Assembly: GCA_037917675.1 (NCBI GenBank)
Contig: JAVCBW010000014.1
Location: 1 to 45,983, forward strand
Length of the DNA: 45,983 bases
Source of the DNA: Thermoproteota archaeon
GTDB taxonomy: Archaea > Korarchaeota > Korarchaeia > B14-G2
Direction: 5' to 3'
In this document: positions 45,608 through 45,983 of the stretch, in pieces
Layout: each line of letters opens with the position of its first letter
Position numbering within the stretch: position 1 is the stretch's first letter
The notes under the pieces: generated by a model
Database searches by the model: none
Seen by the model: only the letters and a program-made list of their open reading frames with translations
Told to the model about the DNA's origin: nothing
Position numbers and translations under genes: made by a program

Positions 45608-45983
45608 ACCCAGCCACAGGAAACAGCCCTAATATATCTGCCAAGGCAGCACACATGAGCCCCGCTACACGCGAGGCTAAGCACCAGAGGGAAGCCTACG
45701 AGAACCCTAAGTATACCAGGAGATAGAGCTCACAGCTGGTATGCTTTCATGGATGTATGTGGTTTTGTCTATGGCTGCTTCCTCGTTGGGCTTATGCCTC
45801 TAGTAGGGCTTTCGAGGTAGCCTAGAGCCCAAAGTCTAGAGGCTTAGATCTGATAGCTACTAGGTGGCCTGACAAGGCTCCCATCAGCAAGCATCACAGG
45901 GAAACTAAAGCCTCCACTAATCAAACCACCTACCCTCTGTATCTCTATGAAAACAGAAGCTGCAGCCGAAGGCTATGCCAAAG

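Noticed and set aside
45608-45983. Possible gene end at the right edge
   Set aside because: Only short open frames without motifs, and too little context.

Overview
This is a gene-dense window from a thermophilic archaeon, most likely TACK/Thermoproteota. The evidence is archaeal-type ProRS and PPAT, archaemetzincin, Tsr3, Thg1, a tungsten FOR-type oxidoreductase, AGG/AGA/ATA codon use, GGTG Shine-Dalgarno motifs and TTTAAA/TTATAA TATA boxes. Most genes are housekeeping or metabolic: proS, nnr, sucCD, hemL-like, coaD, for+moaD, Fe3+-type ABC components and an Hrq1/MrfA-like helicase. The most notable part is the first ~6 kb. It holds a translationally coupled minus-strand operon: degenerate PIN protein, 2-TM peptide, processive GT2 synthase, membrane-anchored polysaccharide deacetylase, and a MinD/BcsQ-like ATPase with a deviant Walker A that the ORF track missed. 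A 34-bp inverted repeat and a pseudo-AAA+/TPR gene lie upstream. Together these look like an archaeal synthase-dependent exopolysaccharide system. Other observations: two genes that appear to need CTG starts, two unannotated Cys-rich microproteins, two decayed IS607 elements, a K-turn-containing structured element, a methyltransferase pseudogene, and a secreted protein with a Cys/Pro/Tyr repeat. I saw no tRNA, rRNA or CRISPR array. All family assignments come from motif recognition by eye, not from database searches.
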